From contig NC_043005.1 of NCBI RefSeq assembly GCF_006345805.1, positions 100,874,001-100,938,000 on the forward strand: 64,000 nucleotides of DNA, in the 5' to 3' direction. Position numbers and translations under genes: made by a program. The notes below the pieces were generated by a model. That model did not search any database, was not told the DNA's origin, and saw nothing but the letters and a program-made list of their open reading frames with translations. The number at the start of each line of letters is the position of its first letter. Position 1 is the stretch's first letter. The DNA is from Octopus sinensis (Eukaryota). Below are positions 1 through 12,574 of this stretch, one piece after another.

Positions 1-600
1 TTTTTTACGTGCCACCTGCACAGGTGCCAGACAGAGCTGGCGAACGGCCACGAACGGATGGTGCTTTTACGTGTCACCGGCACGGGGCCAGGCGATGCTG
101 GCAACCGGACACGAACGGATGGTGCTTTTACGTGCCACCGACACGGGGCCAGACAGAGCGGTACCGGCCACGAACGGACGGTGCTTTTACGTGTCACGGC
201 ACGGGGCCAGCCGAGGCTGGCGACGGATGGAACGGATGGTGCTTTTACGTGCCACCGACACGTTGCCAGACAGAGCTGGCAAACGGCCACGAGCGGACGG
301 TGCTTTTACGTGTCACCGGCCCGGGGGCCAACTGAGGCTGGCAACGGACACGGACAGATGGTGCTTTTACGTGCCACAACACGGGGCCAGACAGAGCTGG
401 CAAACGGCCACGACGGACGGTGCTTTTACGTGTCACCGGCCGGGGGCCAGCTGAGGCTGGCAACGGACACGAACGGATGGTGCTTTTACGTGCCACCGAC
501 ACGGGGCCAGGCAGAGCTGGCAAACGGCCACGAGCGAATGGTGCTTTTACGTATCACCGGCACGGGTGCCAGACGAGGCTGACAGCGGACACGAACGGAT
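1..600. repeat. ~60-bp tandem repeat (10 or more units, A/B alternating) in the RTE 3'UTR
   Basis: The anchor tgcttttacgt recurs at 62, 123, 182, 240, 301, 362, 421, 481 and 542 (spacing 58-61 bp). The same unit occurs in the RTE 3'-end copies at 4270-4337 and 34290-34550. Confidence 0.95.
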
Positions 601-649
601 GGGTCACTTAACCCCTGCGTTCTGATATATGATTTGATTTTGATTGTTC

Positions 650-3600
650 TCACTGGTCTTGCCGGGTCTTCTCATGCACAGCATACTTCCATAGGTCTCG
701 GTCTCTGGTCATTTCCTTGGTGAGACCTAGAGTTCGAAGGTCGTGCTTCACCACCTCGACCCAGGTTTTCCTGGGTCTACCTCTTCCACAGGTCACCTCA
801 ACTGCCAGGGTATGGCACTTTTTCACACACCTATCTTCATCCATTCTCACCACATGACCATACCAGCGCAATCGTCTCTCTTGCACACATCTGATTCCTC
901 TTAGGTCCAACTTTTCTCTCAAGGTACTTACACTCTGTCGACTATGAACACTGACATTACACATCCAACGGAGCATACTAGCTTCATTTCTCGCGAGCTT
1001 ACGCATGTCCTCAGCAGTCACGGCCCATGTTTCACTGCCATGTAGCATGGCTGTTCGTACACATGCATCATACAGTCTGCCTTTTACTCTGAGCGAGAGG
1101 CATTTAGTCACCAACAGAGGTAGAGCTCCCTAAACTTTGCCCAGGCTATTCTTACTCTAGCCGTTACACTTTCAGCACACCCACCCCCACTACTGACTTG
1201 GTCACCAAGATAACGGAAGCTATCAACTACTTCTAGTTTTTCCCCCTGGAAAGTGACGGAAGTTGTTTTCTGCAGATTTTCAGAGGTTAATGCTCCCGAG
1301 CATCTGCCACATACAAAAACCATCTTCCTAGTTAGCCTTCCTATGACATTGCTGCACCTCTTATGTGTCCATAGCTTACACTTGGTGCATCTTATAGAGT
1401 TTCTACCTGCACCTTTTCTACAGATTGAGCAGGGCCATCTACCTAAGGCGTTTGTGATTTGTCTACCTTCCTACTTATTAGGACTTTGGTTTTAGCTAGG
1501 TTGACTCTAAGGCCCTTCGATTCTAAACCATGCTTCCACACCTGAAACTTCTTCTCCAGTTCTGATAATGACTCAGCAATTAGAGCAAGGTCATCAGCAT
1601 AGAGGAGCTCCCAGGGGCATCCTGTCTTGAATTCCTCCGTTATTGCCTGGAGGACTATGATAAATAGGAGGGGGCTGAGGACTGAGCCTTGGTGGACCCC
1701 TACCTCTACCCGGAATTCTTCACTGTACTCATTTCCAACCCTCACCTTACTAGCAGCGTCCCTGTACATGGCTTGCACAGCTCTCACTAACCATTCTTCT
1801 ATTCCTAGTTTCCTCATTGACCACCATATGAGGGATCGGGAGACCCTGTCGAAGGCTTTCTCCATGTCAACAAAAGCCAGGTACAGGGCCTTATCTTTGG
1901 CTAGGTATTTCTCCTGCAGCTGCCTTACCAGGAATATAGCATCAGTGGTACTTTTCCCTGGCACGAAACCAAACTGCATCTCATCTAAACTAACTCTCTC
2001 TCTAATTAGTTGGCTTATGACCCTCTCTGTAACCTTCATCACCTGATCCAACAGCTTGATACCTCTGTAATTATTTGTATCTAGAGCATCACCTTTACCT
2101 TGTAGCAGTTGACTATTATGCTGCTACACCAGTCATTGGGTATGACTCCTTCATGTATCACCTGATTAACTATACAGGTGACTAGGCTATAGCCGACACT
2201 ACCAGATATTTTGAGCATCTCTGCAGTGATACCTGATGGGCCTGGGGCTTTCCCTGTCTTCATGCTTCTAATTGCCTTAGTTACTAAACTATCAACCCTG
2301 ATAGCTGGTCCCTCTGTTGGGTCAACGTTCGGCAGACTCTCTTTATCCCATTCATTTTCTTTATTCAGCAACCTTTCATAGTGGCGTCTCCAAGCCTCTC
2401 TCTTTGCATCCTCGTTTAGCGCAAGTGAACCATCTTCCATGCGAACACACTTCTCTCCCACCACATCACAATTCTCTCTCACACACTGTCTTGCAACGCG
2501 AAACACCTCCAGTCTTTGGTCCTCACGGCGCAGAACATTGGCAAATTTTTTCTTATCTGCTTCCCCTCTGGCTAGATAGACCTGTCTCCTAGCTTCCCTT
2601 TTAGCAGTCTGATACAATTCCCTGCTACCACCATTCTTCCAGTGCTTCCAAGTCTGTCTCTTTTCTCTAATAGCCCTGTCTACGACACTGTTCCACCACC
2701 ACGTTACCTTGGGACGAGAGGGGACTTTGCACCAGCCACAGATCTGGTCAGTGGCTCTCAGCAGGTTGTCCCTTAGAAACGTCCAGTTGTCCTCTACCCC
2801 ATGTGATACACTATCCCCTTCTACTTCGTCAAAGGCTTCAAGTAACATGTCTCTAAATCTCTGTCCATTCACAGGATCCTTAAGCTTCCAGATCCTTCTT
2901 CTCCATGTTGGTCGTCTTCTGGTTGTCCTCCTACTCCTGATCCTAAAGTCACTAACTACCAGTCTATGTTGTGGGGTGCATTCTTCGCCTGGGAAGGTTT
3001 TGGCATTTATAAGTAGCCATCTCTCCCTTTGCCTGGCAAGGATGTAGTCAATTTGGCTGGTATGTTGGCCCGATCGGTAGGTGACTAGGTGGCTGGTAGG
3101 TTTCCTGAAGTTAGTGTTGCAAATCATAAGATTATTTGCATCGCAGAACTCCAGCAGCCTGGTTCCCTCCTCGTTGCGGGAACCAGAGCCATAGCCTCCA
3201 TGTACGCCGTGGAAGCCCCCAGCATGTCGTCCAACGTGACCATTGAAGTCACCAGCCACAAAGAGAAGGTCTCTGTCGTTCGTCAACGAGGTAGTCTGCA
3301 GTAGAGTGTCATAGAATCGGTCTTTCTGTCCATCGGGTAGCCCCGACTGAGGAGCATAGGCTGATATAATGGTTGCTAAACTATGATGAAGCGCTAATCT
3401 AATCTTAAGTATTCTGTCGCATACTCTGATTACCTCAATTACTTTATCTACCCATTTCTCAGCGATAAGTATACCACGCCTCCAACCCCGTCAGTGTTCC
3501 CTGCCCAGAAAATCTTGTACCTGTGTTCCTTGCCTGTGAGGAACCTAGCAGAACCTCCTCTCCATCTTACTTCTTGCATGCAACATATATCCACACGTCT

Positions 3601-3810
3601 CCATTCAAGCATCTCAACTATCTCGCCAGACCTACCTTTCAGTGTGCCAACGTTGAGGGTGCCAACCCTGAGGGTGTGGGAGGTATGGGCCCTAGAGACC
3701 CTGCGTCGGTGGACAGTAGCTTCATGTACCTGAAAAGAAAGCTCGCATTTGGCAGAATTCATGAGCAAGTATACAGTAGCCTTCAATTCAACCTGCATAA
3801 CACTACCCAT
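650..3810 (-). pseudogene. Frameshifted APE-RT polyprotein of the RTE LINE
   Basis: At least five ORF segments in different frames (3448-3810, 2081-3286, 1443-2051, 1108-1323, 650-1114) join into a single EN-RT protein. Confidence 0.9.
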
Positions 3811-4098
3811 TCATATTTTGCACTGTATGATCATTACCTTACCTAGGTCGAAACTAGGGGTAGGGATGGTGAAAGAGCATTTGCAGTCTTCAAGGGAAGC
3901 AATCCAGGGATGAAAAGAATAGGAACTTCCGGCATGTGTGGAGGGGGGGTGGGCGGGTCAACCCCAAACTAGCAAGAGGATTCTGTTAATCGTGATAGCA
4001 ACAAAGTAGGTTTGAAAGTATCAGAGAAGTCAATTTTTAGGGGAGACGATGAGTGGCTATGAAACGGGAGCAAATAGGGAGACGAGACACACACACAC

Positions 4099-4337
4099 AT
4101 CATCATCATCATCATCATCGTTTAACGTCCGTTCTCCATGCTAGCATGGGTTGGACGGTTCGACCGGGGATCTGGGAAGCCAGAAGGCTGCACCAGGCTC
4201 CAGTCTTATCTGGCAGTGTTTCTACAGCTGGATGCCCTTCCTAACGCCAACCATTCCGTGAGTGTAGTGGGTGCTTTTTACGTGCCACCTGCACAGGTGC
4301 CAGGCGAGGCTGGCAACGGCCACAGTCGGATTGGTGT
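4099..4337 (-). mobile_element. 5'-truncated RTE 3' end with (GAT)n tail
   Basis: (cat)n-cgtttaacgtcc-CCATGCTAGCATGG...ggatgcccttcctaacgccaacc, followed by the 60-bp unit. Further copies at 8092-8237, 22358-22530, 34119-34552 (all minus), 4620-4832 and 57735-57780 (plus). Confidence 0.85.
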
Positions 4338-4401
4338 ATTTTATGTGCCACCGGCACATATATGTATATATATATAAACAAATATATACATATACACACA
4401 C

Positions 4402-4432
<31 letters not shown>

Positions 4433-4859
4433 GTAGGTATAGTGATGCAAGCAGGAAAAATAACTTAAAATATGAGTATGTATACATTTTTATTATTTAG
4501 CATAAGCAACAGAAGCACTTATCAAGTTTGATAAATGCCAATGCATGAAAATCTCAACCTTGTTTCGCTCTGTTGCTTCTGCTAAGTATTAATATACCCT
4601 GCTCAGCTGAAGGATCTTCTCTTGCAGGTACTTGGCAGCCTCACTGGTGCAGGAACAATGTTAAAAGCACTGAGTTCACTCTGTAAAGTGGCCAGCATCA
4701 GGAAGGAAGGATGTCCAGCCGTAGAAACTATGCCAAATCAGACACAGAATTTGTTGGAGCCCACTGGCTCATTTGTACTTGTCAAACCATTCAACCCATG
4801 ACATCATGAAAAAAGGGATTTTAAATGATGATGTATGAATGTATGTGTCTTCTATTTTT

Positions 4860-5748
4860 TAAAATTATTATAAACCTTCCACTGAGGAGGGAGCCGGTTT
4901 CCAACAAAGATACATGGCTCCATCTTTGGGATGTAGTTAACACAGACAGATTCACATTTGGAGCCTGAGAAAAGCCTTGCATATTTTTATTGTTCCACTC
5001 ACAAATTGCACTTGTAATGTACAATTTAGCTGGTCGATTTCTCTTTCTGAAAATCCCAGTTTATCCAGATTCTCCTTTAAGCATTTACTAAGAAAACCCA
5101 GTGCTCCAATTATTATTGGTATGGATATGAATTCATAGTCTGGATATAGAAGCTGGAGGTTTCAAAGCAGTTGTCCATAGATATATTCTTTTTCTTTGAT
5201 TTTCAAAGAGATATTTATATCTGCAGGGCAGCTGACCTCTACGATGGTACGTACCTTTGTGCCTCTGTTCCAAACAACAATATCTGGTCTGTTATGTTTA
5301 CATTTGACAGAAGTTTAAACGGGAATATTCCGCCAGTATTCCTTGAGTTGGTGTTTATGAATGTATTCCATAACAGAGGGATTTTATAAATTTATTTCAG
5401 GACAGTCTGTTTTGCGGATGGCATTGTAAATTGTCTGAGAAACCTCAATGTGCCACATGGGGAGGTAGTACCAAGATGACATTTTAGGACAGCTTCTAAA
5501 CACATGCATGATGTCTTCCACAGAAACATGACACAGTCTACACATGCGGTTACACCTTGGGATTACAAGAGCGTCGCACTCTCTCTCTTGTTCACCAGGT
5601 ACTTTGTGGCAAACTCCTGTTCCTGGATTGCAAACGCATAGCCTTCAAAGTGTGATGTGATGTAGTGGTCTTGTGTCCAAGAGAAGCTATGCTTAGTGTC
5701 AATTCTACTGTCTTCTTCAAGATTCTGGACAACATACCCATGAATTCG
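4860..5748 (-). mobile_element. 3' fragment of a restriction-like-endonuclease (RLE) LINE, R4/Dong/HERO/NeSL-like
   Basis: Hand translation: ITSHFEGYAFAIQEQEFATKYL, zinc knuckle CRLCHVSVEDIMHVFRSCP, RLE KHNRPDIVVW..IVEVSCPADINI..KEK, LYPDYEFISIPIIIGALG; in-frame stops present. Confidence 0.85.
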
Positions 5749-6083
5749 TGTATGTATGTACGCATGCATGCATGCATGCATGGATGGATGGGTGGATGGA
5801 TGGATGGATGGATGGATACAGACACCGCAGTATCTTGTAGGACATCTACTGACATTTCTTTATTCAAATGAATACATTAATTATTTGTGAAGATAAATAA
5901 TGGCATGAATATCTTCAGAGTCCATGTTATTGATAGCTGACACAAGCATGGCTGTGTGGTTAGAAGTCTGTTTAGCAAACCTGCTGCTGAAGGTTCAATG
6001 CCACTGCTTGGCAACCAGAGTTTCATGTGAACCAGAGTACTGTGACTGGAATTTGGTAGATAGAAACAGTATGTATACACATA

Positions 6084-6303
6084 CAAGGGAGTGCTGAAAA
6101 GTTACTTCCTGGCTTTAAGGGTGTTGTAATGGCATTGTTGGTGGCCCAACCTTCCATGTTCTTTTAAAGAGCTTAGTAAAACTGAAGAACTGCCAAAATG
6201 GCTGTGTGTATCTGAGAGGGGAATATAGTGAATAAGATCCTAAGTAACTGATCCTCCTGTATTTTCTTTTATCCAAAGCCAGGAATTTTTCAGCAACCCC
6301 TCA
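6084..6303. mobile_element. Mariner-type MITE
   Basis: Imperfect TIRs caagggagtgctgaaaagtt / aatttttcagcaacccctca with TA on both flanks; second copy at 46825-47041. Confidence 0.75.
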
Positions 6304-6329
6304 TATACATATGTATATATATATGTGGA

Positions 6330-6625
6330 GAATTCATGAAAAACAAAACAAAAGATGAAGACAGGTGGTGAAGAAAACAAACAGATGTATTGGTTTAACG
6401 CTCAGGAATTGAAAAAGACTTTTACATTTCGAGCCTATGCTCTTTCTCAGAAAGGAACACAGAAAGAAACAAGGAGAGAAAAAAATGTGTGTAGTAGCTA
6501 CCAATCTATCATGGCAACTGTATATATATGTGTGTGAGTGTAGATAGATGGGGCACTGGTGATCTTCTGGGACTGAAAGAAAGGAGTTGGCTCTGAATTC
6601 GTGTAGTTCAAGTTTTCAATGTGCT
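6330..6625 (-). mobile_element. PLE terminal-repeat remnant with decayed minimal hammerhead (6417-6455)
   Basis: Minus strand reads cttt-CTGAGAA-a-GAGC-atag-GCTC-GAAAt-GTA-aaag; same family as 18600-18800, 24080-24365 and 34870-35130. Confidence 0.65.
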
Positions 6626-6629
6626 CCTG

Positions 6630-6910
6630 CAAACCTGTTCTGTTCATAGGAGGTGGCGCCACTGTTGGTGCATCTTCACCAGGCAGGGCAGTGTTGTGCT
6701 TGTGTTTCCCATGTGTCAGGATTGATCTCAAAACTCTTCAGTGAGGTTTCATGAGTGTCCTTGAAGCATTTTTCCTCTGTCTCCCTTGCATGTGCTTGCC
6801 TTCCACAAGCTCACTGTAAAGCAGTCACTTAAGGAGTTCGCAAATCAGGCAATAATTGTTCTGTACTAAATCACAGACATTTGCCCCATCTAAGAATGCA
6901 GTCAACCAGG
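6630..6910 (-). mobile_element. C-terminal fragment of a second RTE family (BovB-like)
   Basis: Decayed translation LLYSELVEGK..FKDT..SLKSFEINPDTWETQAQH..W*RCTNSGA, a typical RTE C-terminus. Confidence 0.7.
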
Positions 6911-7209
6911 AATTAAGCAATAAGACTTATAAAAATGGTTAATGTGAGTGTATGTGTTGTATGTGTGTGTGTGTGTGTGTGTAGACGTGTGTAATTGAGA
7001 AATTTACTTCCCAAGAATATGGTTTCAAGTTCACTCCTGCCCACTGTGTGTGTGTGTCTCTCTCTCTTTCTCTCTCTCTCTCTCTTTCTCTTTCTCTCTC
7101 TCTCTCTTTCTCTTTCTCTCTCTCTCTATATATATATATATACACATATGTGTCTGTGTATGTATGTATATATATGTATATGTGTATGGGTGGGTAGGTG
7201 TCTTAAAAT

Positions 7210-7442
7210 CTGGTTGTCTTAACATCACATGATATATGCAAATGAGTGCCACTGTCATGTAAATGATGTCCTTTGTTACCAAAACTTCTGTGAGAATATG
7301 TCTGGGCAGGAAGAAATATAACCTTACTTGGAAACGGATGGGGGTTGCCAACAGAAGTGCCATCTAACTGTAGAAAGTGTGCCTCAACAGATTCTGTCCA
7401 AACCATGCAAGTATGGAAAAGCGAATATGATGATGATGATGG
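7210..7442 (+). mobile_element. Non-coding repeat sharing the RTE 3' end (ccatgcaagtatggaaaag..(gat)n)
   Basis: Related copies at 13590-13797 (+) and 60712-60950 (-); the 3' palindrome and GAT tail match the RTE LINE end. Confidence 0.6.
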
Positions 7443-7884
7443 TGGTGGTGATGGTGCTGGTGCTATGATGATGATAAATATATAAAGGTATTTAAAATGA
7501 GTGTGTGTGTACTTACGTGCACACATATTCATTCTTCTTGTATTATAGAGATATTCTTGTTATTTATTTGTGCTTGCAATTAATTAAAGAGTTATTTTTC
7601 ATAAAGAAAAGCTAGTAAAGATCATTTCTGTCATTTGTTGTTTAGCTCGAAGACATATCTGATGGAGAAGCTAATGTCTGGATGTCAAAACACCTCTTCA
7701 CATCAACTGACATCTGCTCTCACAACAGTCACAGTTTACTGTTACAAGTTACCATTTTCTGTTCTTGCTACAGTAGCTTAGTAAACATGCAATGGTAAGA
7801 TCACTCACAATACTTTGGACAAATGAAGAAAATTAAAATTACATGGGTGCAATTTTAATTAAATGTTAACTAATCAACAATATC

Positions 7885-8445
7885 CCTAGTGGCTGTGTGG
7901 TAAGAAACTTGCTTCCCAACCACATGGTTCGGGGTTCAGTCCCACTGCATGGTACCTTGGGCAGGTGACTTCTGCTATAAGCCTCAGGCTGACCAAAGCC
8001 TTATGAGTGGATTTGGTAGATGGAAACTACCCATCGTGCATATATATATGTATGTTTGTGTGTGTGTGTATGTATATATATATATATATATCATCATCAT
8101 CGTTTAAAGTCCGTTTTCCATGCTAGCATGGGTTGGATGGTTTGACCGGGGTCTGGGAAACCAGGAGGCTGCACCAGGCTCCAGTCTGATCTGGCAGTGT
8201 TTCTACAGGTTGATACCCTTCCTAATGCCAACCACTACATGTATATATATATGTGTGTGTGTGTGTTTGTCCCCCACCATCGCTTGACAACCAATGTTGG
8301 TGTTTTTATGTTCCTGTAACTTAGCAGTTCAGCAAAAAAGACCAACAGAATAAGTACCAGGCTTATGAAGAATAAATCCAGGAGTCAATTTCTTTGACTG
8401 AAAGGCAGTGCTCTAGCATGGCCACAATCAAAAATGACTAAAAGA
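7885..8445 (+). mobile_element. tRNA-derived SINE family A, with an RTE 3' end nested in its central microsatellite
   Basis: A box tggctgtgtggt, B box ggttcagtcc, body ccttgggcaagtgtctt..gccttgtgagtggatttggtaga, central (TA/TG)n, tail ctccagcatggcc..gactgaaacaagtaaaagag. Confidence 0.85.
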
Positions 8446-8987
8446 ATAAAATAATATTCGGTGTAACAGTAATTTCTGATTTAGGCACAAAGCCAGGAAT
8501 TTTGAGAAGGAGACGTTTAGCTAATTTTGTTGGTTTGTAGTATGGGTCATTGTTGGTTAGTATTAGTTAGCTGTGTGACATTCCATAACAAACCAAATGA
8601 GCACTTTGTTGATAGACATTTTATTGTTATTAAGATGTTTACATTTATATTTATGCGTATCAGTTTACCAGTCGTTGCTAAACTGTGATTTATATAATGG
8701 ACGAAAAGGTTTTAGTGTCGTGCAAGGGGCAGGAATAGTGTTCGTCATAATTGAAGAATTATGCCATACTCTTTTACTCTCTCTTTTACTTGTTTCAGTC
8801 ATTTGACTGTGGTCATGCTGGAGCACCGCCTTTAGCTGAACAAATTGACCCCCAAGACTTATTCTTTGCAAGCTTAGTGCTTATTCTATCGGTCTCTTTT
8901 GTCGAACCACTAAGTTATGGGGACGTAAACACACCAGCATCGGTTGTCAAGCAATGTTGGGGGGGACAAGCACAGACACACAAACAT

Positions 8988-9028
<41 letters not shown>

Positions 9029-9177
9029 CAAAAAGCAATAAAGATTCAAGTTAATTTAAATGAATTTACTTGAATATGGTACCTAACTTAGATGCACCAA
9101 AAAAAACTATACTGTTTTAACAATACAGTAATGTTGGGTGATTATAAGCGAGAAAGAAGCAACAAGAATGGATAGGT

Positions 9178-9267
9178 TTTTAGTACAATCGTTTCATACA
9201 AGGACAGGCTTTATTAAAGTTGTAAAAATTACAGCATATAAACGTGTCCCGTACTCATCAGCTAAAA
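9178..9267 (-). ncRNA. Type I hammerhead ribozyme, complete
   Basis: ttttag-CTGATGA-gtacgggaca[long loop]tgtccttgtat-GAAAC-gatt-GTA|ctaaaa; 6-bp stem I, ~10-bp stem II with a basal G.U, GUA site. Confidence 0.85.
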
Positions 9268-10729
9268 TACATGTGAGTTCTCTAGACATCCTAGTGGTTG
9301 AGGCTATACTCATGAAGTAATGTAGATAATTAAGTAACATAAACAGATTTCCAAAGTTCATTAAAGTTCTTTAAGATGATGTACAGTCTTATCACAGAAT
9401 TTTAAAAAAGTTCTAATAGCATCACAGAGAAGGTGACCTAATCCATAGAGCACATATGAATTTCCAGAGATATGATGAGGGATTACATACTCACAGAAGA
9501 CAAATTTATCCATTGTTAATCACAACGAGGTGGGTCTCAATTCCTGCTTATTAGCATTACAGAGAGGTGAATTAATCCTTTGTATAGATGCACAATTCCA
9601 ATGGTGTAGATGTAAGTTCCAGAGAAATGAAGAGGAATTTCATATTCACAGGCGATAAATTTATCAATGGTTGAACACAATGAGGTAGGTATCAATTCTT
9701 GTTATATGATTAGGTATTTGCCACATTAATCACATTACTGCTATTTACAAGAGGCTGTAGCTATTTAACTTTTAAAGGCTGAAGGGCTTTCTAGAGAGGC
9801 CAAGAATAGAAAGGGAAGGGAATAGAAGAAAAGCGAAAAATAAAGGAGGAGGGAGCAAAAAAAGGGGGGGAAGGGGACTAAAAGAGAAGAGAAAAGGAAA
9901 AAGAGAATAAGAAGAAGAAACTGAAAAAAGAAAAAGAGAAAGAAATAGGAAAGAAGGAAAAAATAAAATAAAAAAGAGGGTTCTAGTTATACAGAAAGAT
10001 TAGTAGACGGCAAGTCTGGTTTTAATTTACAGGCATCTAGGAACTAGAGGAGAATATTATTCTTTGGCCAGTAAAACAGCTAATTTATTGCTGTTGAAAT
10101 CAGCTATGAATTTAAAGAGAATCTAAAGAGATAACACAGTCAGGAGTTTAGGGGTCAGATGCTAAAATCAAAAGAAAATACATTAGGAAAATCTAAGTAT
10201 AATCTTATCAAAAAGTCAATAAAACTTACTTATTTAATTTATTCATTTTATTGTCTTAAGGAGTTGCCGTCATTATTCATACATTGACCAAAGCCTTATG
10301 AGGTCAAATCTTAGAAGATCATTTACAAGGTGTTAGGGGATTGTCTATCATAATGAAGATAATCATATTATCACGGAGGGGGTAGCCTTATTTATTTAAT
10401 TTTGAAATAGAATTATGGGGCTATAGTATCTCATTTTATTTTATTAGAGTTATGCTACTTAAATTAGATTAAGTTAGGAATTAAAATTAAAAATTACAAT
10501 TAAGATTTAAAATTAAGAATTTGAAAATTATGAGTTTGAAATTAAATAAAGCCTCAATTAAGCAGCGTAAAGTACTATTCATTTCCCTGTTCTCAAAAAA
10601 CTGATGCAGATATAAGGAAAAAGATAACTGTAGTGTGAGAACTCTTAGTTATCTACTTAAGCAGTGTTATACTAGTAGAAATCAAGTTATATCTATCTAT
10701 CTAGTTACGGATATTCTAATCATTTAAAA

Positions 10730-11752
10730 TATTTTAAAGTCTTCAATTTAGCGTGGACACAACTTGACCTAGTTCGATATGATTATTCAATAAGTTTCTA
10801 TGTTTTCTATGCTTTAGAATTTCATACGTCTCCATGGAGCATAGTTGGCAACCAACCCTACTATTTTATACGGAATTGCTCTCCTAACTATTTCCCAATT
10901 AAGGTTATAATTTTTATATTATTTTTGAGTTCCCAGATTTTGTTTGAAAGTGTGGTGGTACCAGCTTTATGACGTAATTTAAAAGACGAGATGTGATTTC
11001 TAACTCTGGCTAGAAAATTAATTGTACATCCAACGTAAAGATTTGTTATTCTCCGTGGATATGGTACATTTATAGATTACATTATTTTCCCCACATAGAC
11101 CAGGTGCCGGGCATTTTGATTTTATTCTACACTTACACACAGGAGGAGCAACTTCAGGCTTTGGATTATTCTTGGGTAGATGTCTTTGTTCCTATTTTTT
11201 GATTATCATTTCTATAGTTGGTGCTGATATCTAAAGTATTGCTATTATTTATTGATCCTTCAGCTTCATCATTTAGGTTAAAGTCCTACCATGATTTCTT
11301 ATATTATTGGTAATGTTACTATTATTGTTAGTCTTTTTATCCGACTGCATATTGCTGTTATAAATATCACTGATATTTTCATTCTCCTTATTTTCTCCAT
11401 TAGCTTATATCTATTATTTCTATTATTAACAGTATTACTTCTATTAATATCGCATTGTTATTATTACTATTATGTTAATGTATTAGTCATTCTGTGGTTA
11501 CTAATTTCACCTATGTTTTGATAGTTACTATTGTTGTTTTTATTGTTGGTAGTATTATTATAATTGCTATTGGTATTCATGCTGATATTATTATTTTTAT
11601 TTCTATCTTTCCTGGCTAGTTTAATGTTTTTATTATTATTTTAGCTATTAAAGTGGACATATTTGGGAGGGTTGAATAAGAAATCCTAACTGTTTTCCTA
11701 GATATAATTCTATGATATCTATGAGAGATAGGGAAATTTTTTTCCAGAATTC
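10730..11752 (-). pseudogene. Decayed PLE ORF 3' end with GIY-YIG endonuclease
   Basis: NVIYKC / YVG / R..NH motifs at about 10960-11090, frameshifted. Too broken to appear in the ORF track. Confidence 0.85.
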
Positions 11753-12485
11753 TTCTGTATAACTAGAACCCTCTTTTTTATTTTTATTTTTTCCCTTCTT
11801 TCCCTATTTCTTTCTCTTTTCTCTTTTTTCAGTTCTTCTTTTCTTATTCTCTTTTTCCTTTGCTCTTCTCTTTAGTCCCCTTCCCCCCCTTTTTTTGCTC
11901 CTCCTCCTTTATTTTCTCTCTTTTCTTCTATTCCCTTCCTTTCTATTCTGGCCTCTCTAGAAAGCCCTTCAGCCTTTAAAAGTTAAATAGCTACAGCCTC
12001 TTGTAAATAGCAGTAATGTGATTAATGTGGCAAATACCTAATCATATAACAAGAATTGATACCTACCTCATTGTGTTCAACCATTGATAAATTTATCGCC
12101 TGTGAATATGAAATTCCTCTTCATTTCTCTGGAAACTTACATCTACACCATTGGAAATTGTGCATCTATACAAAGGATTAATTCACCCTCTCTGTAATGC
12201 TAATAAGCAGGAATTGAGACCCACCTCGTTGTGATTAACAATGGATAAATTTGTCTTCTGTGAGTATGTAATCCCTCATCATATCTCTGGAAATTCATAT
12301 GTGCTCTATGGATTAGGTCACCTTCTCTGGATGCTATTAGAACTTTTTAAAATTCTGTGATAAGACTGTACATCATCTTTAAAGAACTTTAATGAACTTT
12401 GGAAATCTGTTTATGTTACTTAATTATCTACATTACTTCATGAGTATAGCCTCAACCACTAGGATGTCTAGAGAACTCACATGTA

Positions 12486-12574
12486 TTTTAGCTGATGAGT
12501 ACGGGACACGTTATATGCTGTAATTTTTACAACTTTTAATAAAGCCTGTCCTTGTGGAAACGATTGTACTAAAA
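12486..12574 (+). ncRNA. Type I hammerhead, mirror copy with damaged base of stem II
   Basis: ttttag-CTGATGA-gtacgggaca...tgtccttgtg-GAAAC-gatt-GTA|ctaaaa; stem II 3' strand ends tgtg instead of tgtat. Confidence 0.7.

Larger units (their letters stand above)
1..3850 (-). mobile_element. RTE-clade LINE, near full length; 3'UTR runs off the left edge of the window
   Basis: Collinear ORF pieces: APE endonuclease (3448-3810 GTLNVGTL..DICCMQEVRW; 2081-3286 VAGDFNGH, SQIDY, QHRLV), RT (1443-2051 QFGF, FVDMEKAFD, GVHQGSVLSP, LYADD) and RTE C-terminus (650-1114 LRWYGHV, GRGRPRKTW). 5' boundary uncertain (3730-4080). Confidence 0.95.

Noticed and set aside
9-611. Several overlapping ORFs of 60-170 aa
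   Set aside because: Translations of the 60-bp VNTR in the RTE 3'UTR.
3850-4090. HDV-like ribozyme at the RTE 5' end (known for some RTEs)
   Set aside because: Could not fold a nested double pseudoknot by eye; a descriptor search would be needed.
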